Shown in pieces: positions 27,846 to 41,751 of a stretch of DNA of 64,000 nucleotides (position 1 is its first letter; each line of letters begins with the position of its first letter). Under the pieces are notes generated by a model. The model ran no database searches and was not told where the DNA came from. It saw only the letters and a list, made by a program, of their open reading frames with translations. The position numbers were made by a program, and so were the translations under genes. The DNA comes from the human T2T-CHM13v2.0 reference genome, Homo sapiens, in NCBI RefSeq assembly GCF_009914755.1, contig NC_060931.1; one strand, written 5' to 3'.

Positions 27846-30800
27846 TGATGTGGTTGTTGCAAGCGTCCTCACAGCACGAAGCTAACATGTTTGGGACAGT
27901 GAGCCAGCCAGGTTCCCGGGAGGCCTCCTGCTTCCCTCGCCTGACTGCACTTACGCCTTCTCGGAGACTGACTTCTCCTTTGCTTCTTACCATGAGGCTG
28001 TCTTATCCACCAGCTCAGTGATTCCTGTCCTCCAAATTTACAACTGTGTTATCTGTACTCTACATGAAAACTTTAATTAACAAAGTCTTAGGTCACTTTT
28101 ACATCCAAACTCTGATCAAATCTCGCTGCGCCCACTACCAATGCCACAGTTTCTCACTGGATTATTGGGGTTGCACCCGACTGCCTGCTTCAGCTCTTCC
28201 CCGTCCTCAGGACAGCACTGGGATGATGAGTGCCACGAGCCAGGTCACTTCACACCCCTGCCCTGCACCGCACAGTGGGGAGTGGAGGCTGTGGCCCTAG
28301 ATGCCTGCACCCGCCTGCCACGCTTTTGGCCCCTTCCCCCTCCACTGGCCCCCAACCCCCAGCCCTGACGCCATGCCTGTAGTTGCGCCCCCAACACCCA
28401 CGTCTCTTCCCTGGGTCCTCTTGTTTTCCTTGGCGCGTGACCGTGTCTCACACTCAATTATGTCTCTTACCACCCACTACAGAGAGTGGGACCGTTGTCT
28501 GGTTGGGTTCCTGTTGTTTCTCCCACACCCAGGACTGTGCCTAATGCACAGGAATAAAAAATATTAAATGAATAAGACAATCTGTGTGTCAGCAAAGATG
28601 ACAAAAATACTGCTTATTTCTTGACTTGGTATTTAACTTTTCCCATATCTGCCCAACAAGACGGACTTCTGTGGCTGGAAAGCTTTCTCCCTGAACACTC
28701 AGCACTCCTGGCCCAGGTCCCACATGAAGGTCTAATAACCTAGTCCCACAAAAAGAGCAAAAGATGAGTGGAGGTTGTCAGTTTGACCGCAGCGAGAGGC
28801 AAATCAGGAAAGGGATGCATAAGCAGACCTCTGCCGAGCCCAGATGACTGGAATGTTCACAGTTGGTGATTAGGAAAAGCTTCCTTGAGGAGAGGAGCGT
28901 TGGCTGAAATGCAGGGGAGGCGTAGGAGGGCATTCTGGGTGTGGAGGGCACTGTGTGGAAGAGGCAGAGAAGGGGTTACGTATTTAGGAGATAGAATTGC
29001 ACACAGGCTGTGAAAGACGGGCATCAGCTCAGTCAAGACACAGGAGAAATCACAAGGTGGCCGCAGGGATGTAAAAGGTCACATCAAAGAGAGGTGGGAC
29101 CCAAGAGTGTCTGTTGTTACAAATGCGTGTTTAGGAAGTGGACAGGGGTTTGCTGTGAGGCTTGCTTGGCAGCTCTGCAGGAGGAGGAGGAAGGAACGGC
29201 CTAGGCCTTTGGAATGTGCTTAGAGGCCCACAGCCAGGTCAGGGCGATCAATCCCAACAGGGCAGATGCAGAGGCTGCTGGTCAGTGCTGCTGGCTGGGC
29301 ACAGAGGCGGGAAGAGCCAGGACCACAGAGCAGGGGAAGGAGATGAGGATTAACCCTGCATGGCCTGGGAGGAAAGTGGTCGACCACCCCCAGGGCAAGA
29401 ACAATGCAGGAGAGGAGGCGCTCAGCACCCACAGTGCACCACCTTTGCCCACACAGCTCCTGAGCCAGGAGAAGACTCCTTAGTGGAGGAGAACACAATG
29501 TGAGTGACACAAAAGCTGTTAGAGACCGGGCAGATGCAGTGTCAGGAAGTCAAATGCAGAGTCTTCAAAGGAGGAAGCTGCCTGTGAAATGGTTTAGAAC
29601 ATGGCTCCTTTTTAAAATTGTCTTGTGTCCCCTATGAGATCTGGTATTCAGTCAAAGATAAGAGGCAGAGGATCTGTAATGCAGAAGGTTGTTCTTGAAG
29701 CTCTGTTTTGAAAGGATAGTGGCCAGAACGCGCTGCCTGTGTCCAGCGTCCCTGATTCGTCACAATGAGCAAGATCTCTGAGCATCGTCAATCTCTTTCT
29801 CTGCCCCAAGAAACTCAAGCTTGGTTAAAATAAGAAACATCTTCAAAAACATCTCTAGCTATCTCTTTTGTAATTCACTTTCTTTAGTATCATAATTAAG
29901 TTAAGATTTATATGTATGTGTTGGGAGCGCCTCTGGCTCTGGAAATTATGCCCATTGTTCATTACTATCAGCAAGCTGTGGTGTGTTTGCTTGCATGAAA
30001 AACATCACCATTGCTACTACTTAGAAAGGAGTCTAGTGCAAAATAAAGGGAAGTCTGCGTTTACAGTTTCTTAGGTAATGTGCTTCCATTACATTCGGTC
30101 TCATGTGGAAATTCAAATTGATCCATTAATGTGATTCTTGGGGCATATCCTCAATATGATATCGAAAAGATTTCTGATTAGCAGGTCACATAAGTTACAT
30201 CTGACAAGTCTTGTCAGAACTCCGTCAGTACCAGTGACACACACTAGACCATACCACAGGCCACATTTTATCCCTGGAACACAGCTGTTACTCAGCAAAA
30301 TGGTCAGATCTTAAAGTAAATATTAGCCTTATCCTCCACAAGTGATATTGTTAAGAGGTTTACTCTTGCAGTTTTATTGATGCTGCTTATTTTTTAAACA
30401 AACTTTTCTTTAACTCAAAGACAAACTTCAGCCAAGCCCGTCTATGTAGTACCCATTTCCAAATTAGTAGAGAATCAAAATTCACGAGGTTTATGTTCCA
30501 CACAGTGAAGTTTAATGAGGAAGGGCCAAGTTCATCTGCAGCACGTCTGGATGAGCGCCCGGCCCCGCTGGGGCTCCAGGCACTGGCATTTCCTGTTGGC
30601 CCCAGCATCGGTCACAAGTGCAAGGTGGCAGCAGCCAGGGACTTCTTTAGAGAACATAGCCCCACGTAACTCCCTTTCACCATTGTTCTCCAAATTCTCC
30701 CATGCTTAAAACCACAGAGGGCTCATGGCAGAAGGCGAGGAATGGGCTCTTTCCTGCAGTTTCTGTGAGGCTGCTTCTGAAAGGCACTGGCTGGGTTTTA

Positions 30801-30910
30801 GCAAATCCTCATGATGGCAGGACCTGCCTAATCCCCAGGAGCATTTGGAGGATGCTGCCGTTGGGGGCCCCAGGCTCTGCTGGGAGGAGGGCAACGGCCT
30901 CACCCTTCCC

Positions 30911-31372
30911 CGGGTCAGGGACGAGGTCAGGGTCGGGGCTGGGGTCAGGGTCAGATTGGGATTGAGGTCGAGGTCGGGGTCGGGGTCAGGGTTGGGGTCA
31001 CGGTTGAGGTCAGGTCGGGGTTGGGTCTGGGTCGGGTCGGGTTGGAGTCAGGGTTGAGGTTGAGGTTGGGTTGGGGTCAAGTTTGGGGTCAGGGTCAAGG
31101 TCAGGATTGGGTTGGGGTCAGGTTGGGGTCAGGGTTGAGGTTGAGGTCGGGTTGGGAGTCAAGGTTGGGGTCAGGGTCAAGGTTGGGATGGGGTCTGGGT
31201 TGGGTTGGGGTCAGGGTTGAGGTTGAGGTCGGGTTGGGGGTCAAGGTTGGGGTCAGGGTCAAGATGGGGATTGGGTCGGGTTGGGTCAGGGTCAGGGTTG
31301 AGGTTGGGTCGGGGGGTCAAAGTTGGGGTCAGGGTCAAGGTCGGGGTTGGGGTCGAGGTCGCATTGGGGTCA
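30911..31372 (+). repeat. G-rich degenerate hexamer array (GGGTCA/GGGTTG/GAGGTT), telomere-variant-like
   Basis: Directly visible; many TCAGGG and TTGGGG units. Confidence 0.92.
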
Positions 31373-33627
31373 AAGGGGCTTGTGCACTTCTGTATCTTTG
31401 CATTTGCTTTTTATGTTCTGATTTGAAATGACTTAAAACGTATTATTTTGGCATTTTTCAAGCAACATTATGGTAAAATTTCTGGAGATGAGGTCTCCAG
31501 GCTCCCCTGGGCCATTAAATCATCTCGGCCTTGTCCCTCTTTTGGGTCTGCACAAGTCATGGGCATGGCAGGGCCCTTGGCTGGTGTCCAGGGCACTGGC
31601 CTCAGTGGGCAAACCTGGTGTGGGGGGAGGCGGACATGCAGTGGCCATAGGAGATGTTCTGTTCAGGCCCTGCCCAGGCACTGCAGACCTCGGACCTGTC
31701 CTGGGCCCTGGCACCACACACCCTCCTGCTCAGCACGGCCAGCTGCCTCCCCATGCCCTGCTCAGATGAATGCATGGGACTCCTTGGGAGACCGAGGTCA
31801 GAGTCACATCATATGTGGGAAGTATCTTGGGAAGGAGGAGCTGTGGAGGCGAGCAGCTGGGCCCTTCTGTGGCCCTGCAAGGCTGTAGAGGCCAGAGGGC
31901 ATGGGCAGGTGCTGGCTTCGCCCGTGTGGGAGGCAGCCTTGGGGACGGGACTTCTCCCTGGCCTGTGTCCCCGGCGCCCCCTCCCATGCCAGCCATGACA
32001 GCCTCCATGCTTTCTCCCAGCCAAATCCTCCTAATGCTGGGCTCTGGAACGGCTGATCTGGTGGATTTTCAGGTGTTTATAATTTGTGAGTTATTGTGAC
32101 CGTTTCTGGGGGTGAGGGCAGCTCCTTGCTAGTAAGCTGTCCTTTGTGGTCACGCCAACCTCAGGGAACCCTCCAAGGACGCTGTGTTCCTCAGGACACC
32201 CACAGTGAAGTGATGTCATGTGTGGACACAAAGGCGGCTGTGGGCCTGGAGAGCCCCTGTCGCACTTCTGCCGGGAGCTTTGCGCTTGGGGGTTTGTGTG
32301 AATGGAGGCTCGGGGTCAGAACTGATCATTTCTACACATCTATAAATCCATGAATGCCCCCACACTCTAGAACATAATTGACCGGGGCCAGGGTGGATCC
32401 AGAGGTGAGACAGGTCTGGCCACCCGAACTGGGCCAGCTCCCTGTACGTGGGCTGTGGGAGGGTGAGCTGATTGAGTGTGGCCCAGAGTTGACAGCCTTG
32501 TCCCTCTCGTGTGCTCAGAGGGCTTCAGGCACCTGGAAAAAAGTGCACATGCCGTGCCATGCCTGCGGTGGGCCTGGCAGGCCCTTGGTGCACACGCTGT
32601 GCCACGACTGTGGTGGGCACGGCAGACTCTTGGCGGGGTCTGGGGTTTCCGCCAGATGCTGCTTCTTATTCTCAGGGGATGAGATAATTCTAGACAAGAG
32701 ACTCTCCAGCTCTAAACAGAAATGTTTTCAACAGAGAGTCCTTTAAAAAAAAATCCTTTTGAAATATTGTTGATAAAAGCTGGCCATTCCTATTTTGAGA
32801 CTTTACTGGCCAAAATGAAACAACAGGCAACCCTTTCAGACTTTTTATGTCTGTGAGACTCAGAAATCTGGCCACTAGTTGGCTGGCACTTCCTGGCAGG
32901 GGGCTGCTATGAAAGGGTCCCCAGCTCTGACCCAAGTATGAGCTGGGCCTGAGCAGGGCCTTCTTAAACGCTTTGTGCCTCGGTGACCAGCCATGCTCAC
33001 GTGCGCATACACAGAATAGGTAGTATACACGGTCTGCAATGTCACTTTGCTTATTTTAGAGGAAGGAGATGACTGTTAGACCTTGTTTTCTATAGGAACA
33101 GGCAAAGGGGAGTTGACTGCGATGTTTAAATAGCACAGGTGGCCTGTGAGCCTCTGCACACCAGCCTTTCTGACTAGAAGCCCAGGGAGATGAGCTGACA
33201 GTGCTGTTCACAGGCGTTCCTGGGGAGAGTGCCAGGCCCAAGGGCAGTAGCTGGTGGGGGCAGAGCGGGGAACCTGGGCTCTGACGCAGGCACAGGCAGG
33301 GGTGTGGTCTTTAAAGAGCCCACAGGCTGCAGAAGGGGCCTCCTTGGTGATGAAACTTGACCTCCTGTGGAGGGAGGGCAGCCCTGGAATTTCTCTGACC
33401 TTTCTTTAGGCACCAAAGACTGTAAACAGTCTCTGCTCCGGGGCCTGACATGACCTCAGGGTTTATTTTATTAAAAATAATTCTTGAAAACTCTCCATTT
33501 CAACCGTTGCCCGAGCCACGTGTTGAGGATGACGGCATCGCGTTCTTTCTGCCCAGGGTGCGGAGGAGGGGCCGCCCCCGGGCGGTGGGAAGGGGGGCTG
33601 TCCCCAGACACCTCAAGGCCTGCGGAG

Positions 33628-34996
33628 TGTGGACGTTAAAGTTCACAGTCCCTCCAAGGATCAAGGGTTCATTTTGAGAGGGAGCAGGGACTCCCTTGTT
33701 AGAGGCCTGCAGTCCTCCAGCCCCCTGCAAAGAGTTCCTTCAAGGGGAAGCCAGCTCGCCTGTAAATGAACAACCTGATAAGCAAGAAGGTTACGGGCAG
33801 CCCAAGTCAGCAGCCAGGGGAGTGAGTCCAGAGATTTTTGTTTCTCTGTAGACTCTAAAGATCCCATCTTCACACATGTCCCCGAGCTGCCTTTCAGAAG
33901 CCCAGACCCCACTGCGGACCCCCACGAAGAGACCTTAGATGGGGGGAACGGGAGGCTGACCTCTGATCACTGTTCTTTGGGTCTAAATTTCTTCTTGAGG
34001 GGCTTGGAGGGAGCCACACCCCTGAGTCGGTTAACAATTTCTCTGCCGACCCCAATTTTTAAACAAAGCTGCTCTTCCTTAACCAACTACAAATCAGGAA
34101 ATCCTTGAATCCTCTGATGACCCCTAAGTCCTCACTTCGAGATCTCCCACCCTTTTAGGTCAAAACCCACGTGTACGCCCAACGTCCTGATTGACGACTT
34201 TGCCTGCAGCTTCTGCTTTCCTGAAATTCGCTGCTGCCTTTAGAACCCTTGTCTGCAGCCAGTGGGGAGTTCAGGACTTAGGCGGAGCTGCCCCACCCTC
34301 CTGCTTGGCACCCTGCAAATACATGCCCTCCCTTCCATCGCTGCAGACCTCAGAGTGGGCGTCCGGTCTCCTGTGCGGGATGAGAATACACACCCTCCCT
34401 TCCATCGCTGCAGACCTTAGAGTGGATGTCCGGTCTCCTGTATGGGATGAGAATACACGCCTTCCCTTCCATCGCTGCAGAGTGGACGTCTGGTCTCCTG
34501 TGTGGGATAATACACGCCCTCCTTTCAATCGCTGCAGACCTCAGAGTGGACGTCCGGTCTCCTGTGTGGGATAATACACGCCCTCCTTTCAATCGCTGCG
34601 GACCTCAGAGTGGACGTCCGGTCTCCTGTATGGGATGAGATACACTCCTTCCCTTCCACTGCTGCAGACCTCAGAGTGGACGTCCGGTCTCCTGTGTGGG
34701 ATGAGATACACTCCTTCCCTTCCACTGCTGCAGACCTCAGAGTGGACGTCCGGTCTCCTTTGTGGGATGAGAATACACTCCTTCCCTTCCATCACTGCAG
34801 ACCTCAGAGTGGACGTCCGGTCTCCTGTGCGGGACAAGAATACACTCCTTCCCTTCCATCACTGCAGACCTCAGAGTGGACGTCCAGTCTCCTGTGCGGG
34901 ATGAGATACACTCCTTCCCTTCCATCGCTGCAGACCTCAGAGTGGACGTCCAGTCTCTCTGTGCGGGCCAAGTGTACACAGTTTTGTTCCGTCACA
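33628..34996 (+). mobile_element. ERV1-type solo LTR (MER39/MER34-like) with an internal VNTR expansion; 5' boundary uncertain
   Basis: TG...CA ends (tgtggacgttaaag / ttgttccgtcaca) and LTR-like body (tttcagaagcccagacccc; ccttaaccaactacaaatcaggaaatccttgaatcc; ctgcaaatacatgcc). Confidence 0.55.
34318..34962. repeat. Minisatellite, ~57-67-bp unit, 10 copies
   Basis: ccttccatcgctgcagacctcagagtggacgtccggtctcctgtgtgggatgagaatacac. Confidence 0.96.
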
Positions 34997-35744
34997 ACTT
35001 CCACGACAGGCCAGTGTGAGGTTTTTGAGCTGGTGCTGACTGAAAACTGTCAGCTGCCCAAGGACCTGGGAGCTCTGCTCCCCACTCCTGGTGTGCGGTC
35101 TTGCGCCTGGCCTCCCTGCCTAGGTTACATGCAGTGGTCATCCCGGTCGCTCCCACACCCGTGTGGGCTCTGGGATCCCCTCTTCCAGCCAGCCCAGGGG
35201 ACATCTGGCTGTCTCAGGACCCAGCCATCTGTAAAAATTAGGCAGGTCCCTTCAGTATGCTCCTGGTCAACAAAGAAAAACTTCAATTTTGAGAATGGCA
35301 TCTGTATTCCGAAGTGTTCTCTCAGATGTTTGAGTTCCACTAAGTAGGTAGGAAGTGGCAGTGTTGCTGTTTAATGGATTGGTAATTTTTGAATATTTCT
35401 TAAACATTTTTATTTGTGTTTTTTTGGATTGAAATTTATGTAATTTGTTACTATCTGTTAGACTCTTGGTGTTTCTCTTACTGACTCAACCATAAGAATA
35501 CTAACTCCTTTTCGTATTTCTTGCATATATTTTTCCATATTACTGTTTCCCTTTTGATTTAGCTTGTGGTTTCTGACATGGTTTCTCAGTCTCACTCTCC
35601 TCCACATTCTGTCTACTCTCAACCCCTCACCCATCATGTCTCGGCTTCTGTCCCCTTTATGCTTCAATCTCATCCCCTCCACTGTGTCTGTGTCATCACT
35701 ACAGTGTGTCTCAGCCTTAGCTCCCCCACTGTGTCTGTCCCAAC

Positions 35745-37300
35745 TCCCCATTTTATCTCAGTCTCACCCCACATTGTGTCTCAGTCTCACCCCCCGTTGT
35801 GTCTCAGTCTCACCCCCCATTGTGTCTCAGTCTCACCCCCCATTGTGTCTCAGTCTCACCCCCCATTGTGTCTCAGTCTCACCCCCCATTGTGTCTCTGT
35901 CTCACCCCCCATTGTGTCTCAGTCTCACCCCCCATTGTGTCTCAGTCTCACCCCCCATTGTGTCTCAGTCTCACCCCCCATTGTGTCTCAGTCTCACCCC
36001 CCATTGTGTCTCTGTCTCACCCCCCATTGTGTCTCAGTCTCACCCCCCATTGTGTCTCTGTCTCACCCCCCCATTGTGTCTCTGTCTCACCCCCCATTGT
36101 GTCTCAGTCTCACCCCCCATTGTGTCTCAGTCTCACCCCCCATTGTATCTCAGTCTCACCCCCCATTGTGTCTCAGTCTCACCCCCCATTGTGTCTCTGT
36201 CTCACCCCCCCATTGTATCTCAGTCTCACCCCCCCATTGTGTCTCAGTCTCACCCCCCATTGTGTCTCAGTCTCACCCCCCATTGTGTCTCAGTCTCACC
36301 CCCCATTGTGTCTCAGTCTCACCCCCCATTGTATCTCAGTCTCACCCCCCATTGTGTCTCAGTCTCACCCCCCATTGTGTCTCTGTCTCACCCCCCCATT
36401 GTATCTCAGTCTCACCCCCCCATTGTGTCTCAGTCTCACCCCCCATTGTGTCTCAGTCTCACCCCCCATTGTGTCTCAGTCTCACCCCCCATTGTATCTC
36501 AGTCTCCCCCCCCCATTGTGTCTCAGTCTCACCCCCCCACACTTTGTCTCTCATCCCTCCCCACCATTGTGTCTCAGTCTCACCCCCCCCCATTGTGTCT
36601 CTGTCTTACCCCTCATTGTGTCTGTCTCATCCCCCCCCATTGTGTCTCAGTCTCACCCCCCACATTGTGTCTGTCTCATCCCCCACATTGTTTCTCAGTC
36701 TCACCTCCCCATTGTGTCTGTCTCACCCCCCACATTGTGTCTGTCTCATCCCCCCATTGTGTCTCAGTCTCACCCCCTCATTGTGTCTCTGTCTCACCCA
36801 CCGCATTGTGTCTCAGTCTCACCCCCCATTATGTCTGTCTCAACTCCCCATTGTGTCTCAGTCTCACCCCCCATTGTGTCTGTCCCAACTCCCCATTGTG
36901 TCTCAGTCTCACCCCCCATTGTGTCTGTCCCAACTCCCCATTGTGTCTCAGTCTCACCCCCCATTGTGTCTGTCCCAACTCCCCATTGTGTCTCAGTCTC
37001 ACCCCCCATTGTGTCTGTCCCAACTCCCCATTATGTCTCAGTCTCACCCCTCATTGTGTCTCTGTCTCACCTCCCCGCATTGTGTCTCTGTCTCACCCCC
37101 CATTGTGTCTGTCTCAACTCCCCATTGTGTCTCTGTCTCACCCCCCATTGTGTCTGTCTCAACTCCACTGTGTCTCAGTCTCACCCCCACATTGTGTCTG
37201 TCTCGTCCCCCCCATTGTGTCTCAGTCTCACCCCCCCATTGTGTCTCAGTCTCACCCCCCGCATTGTGTGTCTGTCTCATCTCCCCCACTGTGTCTCGGT
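35745..37300. repeat. 23-bp VNTR (ccccccattgtgtctcagtctca), ~65 copies, degenerating rightwards
   Basis: Directly visible; source of the 551-618 aa pseudo-ORFs. Confidence 0.98.
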
Positions 37301-37857
37301 CTCATTTCTCCGATTGTGTCTCTGTTTTGTCCCCCTTATTGTGGGGGTCTTGTCCCCCTTTTTATGTCTCTGTCATTCCTTTCCTAATATGTATTCAGGG
37401 GCCTGGGGTTGGTTTTTACTGACAAGAGCATCTGCAGAGCTGAGTAGCCCATGAAGAAAGCATGTTTCCCTGGGTCCCCGCAGAACTCCAATCACTGTGG
37501 CACCACTGTGAAGATCTTGGGGGTCTGGTGCTGTTCCTCACTCGGGGGAGCAGTGAGTCCATGTTCTCACCAACTGGGAGAGGAAGTGTGGGCAGATAGT
37601 GTGGGTGGAAAATGTTTGCTTCATTTGACATTGGCGTCAAGCCAGATCTGTGTGCCATTTGAGAACACAATGATCTGAATGAAAAGAGCTCCTAAAAACA
37701 AAACCTGAAAATTTTTCTCTGTGGAAGAGCCCTCAGTTATTATTTCACCTTCCCTAGTGGTTGCTACAGCAACAAGCATCTTGTGTGATGCCTGACAGGA
37801 AGAGCCCAGAGACCTGATTGACGAACAGATCATTGCTTCACTTTAAATAAGGTTTTG

Positions 37858-38153
37858 CAGCCAGGCGTGGTGGCTCATGCCTGTAATCCCAGCACTTTGG
37901 GAGAGTGAGGCGGGTGGATCACTTGAGGTCAGGCATTCATGACCAGCCTGGCCAACATCATGAAACCCTGTCTCTACAAAAAATACTAAAATTAGCCAGG
38001 TGTGGTGACACGCGCCTGTAATCCCAGTTACTTGGGAGGCTGAGAGGCACGAGAAATCTCTTGAACCCGGGATGGGGAGGCTGCAGTGAGCCAGGATTGT
38101 GCTACTGCACTCCAGCCTGGGCAACAGAGTGAGACTACGTGTAAAAAAAAAAA
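37858..38153 (+). mobile_element. Alu element
   Basis: Full dimer with A-tail. Confidence 0.95.
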
Positions 38154-38199
38154 TTAGGCTTTGCTTTTTTCTCATGGAATTAAATATTTTCAAATGTAT

Positions 38200-38832
38200 T
38201 TCCAACAAAATGAACTAATTTTTCTAATCTTTTTTCCCTTCTAATATCTATATTTTAAGCTACAAATTTTCTTGCAAGGATTCCTTTAGTTGCATCCTAC
38301 AAATTTTGATGTGTTTTTCTTCGCATTCAGCTCAACATATTTTGAAATTTCTCTTGTGATTTCTTCTTTGATATATTTAGATATGCATTACTTAACTTCA
38401 AATATTTGGCATTTTTATGTTATTAATTTCTAGTGCAATTTAATTATGGTCAGAGCCTACTCTGTATCGTTTCATTCCTCTGGAATTTATCAGGACTTGA
38501 TTTATGGTCTAGTATATGGTCCATTTTGGTGAATGTTCATGTGCACTTGAAAAAAATATGGATTCTGCAGTCGTTGGGTGAAATGTTCTCTGTGTGCTGA
38601 TCAGGTCAAGTTGGTTAATATTGTTAGTTAATATTATTGTTTGAATGTTCTATATTCTTACAGATTTTCTTAGTCTGCTGTATCAATGACACAGAGAGAC
38701 GTGCATTAAAACCTCAACCATGTGGATCTATTTCTTTTCAGTTAATTTTGCTTCATGTATCTTGAAGCTCTGTTATCAGGTGCATGCACATTTGGGATTG
38801 TTATGCTTTCCTGATGAACTGACCTTCTTTCA
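38200..38832 (-). mobile_element. Old L1M ORF2 fragment
   Basis: T-rich reverse L1 motifs (gtgaatgttcatgtgcacttgaaaa; gatcaggtcaagttggtt; tgaagctctgttatcaggtgca). Confidence 0.7.
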
Positions 38833-38834
38833 TT

Positions 38835-39072
38835 ATGCAAGGGGAAGAAGATGCTGCATACAGGATGGAATATCCAGGGGAAGACGTCTAAGGAGAGATG
38901 CCCAGCTGGGAGTCCTATGCAAGGGGAAGAAGATGCTGCATACAGGATGGGATATCCAGGGGAAGATTTCTAAGAAGAGATGCCCAGCTGGGAGTCCTAT
39001 GCAAGGGGAAGAAGATGCTGCATACAGGATGGGATATCCAGGGGAAGATTTCTAAGGAGAGACACCCGGCTG
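38835..39072. repeat. 82-bp tandem repeat, ~2.9 copies
   Basis: atgcaaggggaagaagatgctgcatacagg at 38835, 38917 and 38999. Confidence 0.95.
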
Positions 39073-39419
39073 GAAGTCAAGATATGTCAGTTGTTTCCAT
39101 TATAATAAAACCACTCATGTTAGATGAGCTGAACTTTCCCTTTTCCCCAGTTCTTACGATCAAAAAGTGGCTGTCCTAAATTTCATCACTCAATATCCTT
39201 GCTAGGTGAGTAATTAGATAACATAATTTGTGCTGCATTATTAATGGTTTGCTTGGCAGAGTGAATTACTGCAAGCAATGCACAATGGATTCCAAGTTGC
39301 CTGCTCCAAGAGCACTATTCTGAGGCTGGTACATGCCTCTCAAATCACACCACATATTTCATGGTTTCTTCTGCTTGTGGTTCACTCTTCCCCATCATTC
39401 AGACTTCGTTCAGTAACTC

Positions 39420-39675
39420 CTCTCTGCAGGCCGGTCTTCTGGTCCTCTCCCTGAGTCTGGCTGAGTCCAGGGTGTTTGTGGGCCTCAGAGGGGAGGAAGT
39501 GTGTGCTGATTGGTCCATGGGTGGCCATGGGCGGGCCCAGGAAAAAGAACAAGCGCCCCCTGTGGTCCATGGGGCTGTCGTCCCGGCCCCCAGGCTTCAG
39601 GCCTTCCCCAGCCTGAAGGTGGGGCTTCACTGGGGACCTGCCCTTTTCCACCCCAGCCTGTCTGCCTCCTGTCTG
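39420..39675. mobile_element. MER52-like ERV1 LTR fragment
   Basis: gagtctggctgagtcc; gctgattggtccatgggtggccatgggcgggccc; tgaaggtggggcttcactgggg. Confidence 0.7.
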
Positions 39676-40004
39676 CACTTGCTGAGTGGGTGCACCTTGT
39701 ACACAGTGACAGCCAGGACATATCCTCCTTTAAAGGGCCCCTCCAAGCCAGTCTGCCTCTGTATTCCCAACTACCATTTATTTAATCAGTTAATAATCAG
39801 ATATTTTGCTTTTCAATTATTTGATATTACAAATAACACCATGATGACCATTCTCATACACAAATCACTGTGCATAATTCTGAATATTTAACTGGAAAAA
39901 TTCCTAGCAATGAAATTACTGGGTTGAATGGAATGAACATTCTAAGTTTATAATATATTTAGCTTATAGAGTAAATAAATATGGCATAATAATAAGCTAT
40001 ATTA

Positions 40005-40312
<308 letters not shown>

Positions 40313-41751
40313 TAAGTGAGTTTTATATTGTATTATAAGACTATGATACAGTAAAACCATGAAATCCAAATTTATAATATCACACTACATAATACAACTG
40401 TAACCTCACCGCCCTATCCTGGGATGTGTGTCATTTTTATAGCCAATTATGGCCCCCAGCTTTAGTTTTCTTTTGCTTATTGGAGAGTGTAATTCTCCCT
40501 TATTCTTTTTGCTTTCTACAGTCTTGTGTACATCAGTTATCTGTTTTTGTCCTTTTGCCAGTGTTCAAAGTGTTATTTTTCGTATTTACTTAAGCTCCTG
40601 CAGGGAGATTAGAATTTCTTCCCCTAAGAAGAAATAAGTAATAGCGGAGACCTGCTGGGCACTGGTGGCGCCAGGCTTGGCTCTGGGGCTGCCCATCCAT
40701 CCTCACAGCATGGCGACTGGAGGGTCTTGCCCTGAGGTCCCGTGTGCGGAGCAGGGCTTGGCATTCACTCCTAGGCACTGCTGACTCAGTCTGTCCTGGT
40801 GGTGCTGGGAGGCCGAAACCCGTCATGCATGTAAACCGCCGGGCCCCGTCTGGCATGGTGCACCTGTGCTGGGAGTGCCTATAGAGTAGGAAAAGTATTC
40901 CTGGACCTTTAAAAAACTTAGGCCAAAAAAGTGTTTTGGTTGAATCTTTGGCCAAATTGGAACTGCAAACTCTGTATTATCTCCCCTTTTGTGAAATTCT
41001 ATGGAAAATTCGAGCAAATAAATATGCATTTCCCAGTGCCCTAGAGTCAGGATGTGGCCACACTGCAGACTGCGTCATCAGGGAGGGTTCCCTGTGAAAC
41101 AGACTTGGCCAACAGCCAAGGAGGCTTTGGGGAGGATCTAGGCAGCTGCAGGACCCGGCTCTTGATGACACCGGGTCTCACACTTTGGGTGGGAGCTCAC
41201 AGTCTACTGTCCAGGGCCTGGCGTCCAGCCGGCTTAGCGGGGTCCACAGGCCTGTGTGAGAGCTGGGGCGGGGGACCTCGACAGACTCTGTCACGGCCTG
41301 CACCCTCATCCTGTTAAAAGGTAAAGGAGAGTGGTGGAGGATGGGTGGCTTTTGGCCTATGGAGAACTTTGTGCAGATGAACTAATAGTCAAATGCTTCA
41401 TGGTGTCCATTTCCAGGGCATACGGTGGTCCCTGGGCAGCTAGGGTCAGGATCCCATGGTGTCCATCTTTAGGGCACAAAGTGCCTGGGGGCCCTGACAG
41501 AGGCCCACCTGCAGGCACATTCACATTATGGCCTGAGTGAAGAGCACTTTCTGGGCTGTGCTGAGGACAGAAGGCGTCCGTGCTGCTGCAAGGCTGGCAT
41601 CAGATATGATCTTGCTGGGGAGGCCACTGGGCCAAGGTCCAGTATAGTTGGACCCAGTGTTGGCCCAACGGGGTCTGGAGGAGTGGTCTTCATTGCTGTC
41701 CCTACTAATCCACGCTAGCTCCAAAGAGAGAGCCCAGCTGGGGCAACACAC

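Noticed and set aside
30911-31372. True telomere or fusion site
   Set aside because: No canonical TTAGGG run and no head-to-head inversion; kept only as a variant-repeat array.
35564-37454. 551-618 aa ORFs
   Set aside because: Translation of the stop-free 23-bp VNTR in all frames.
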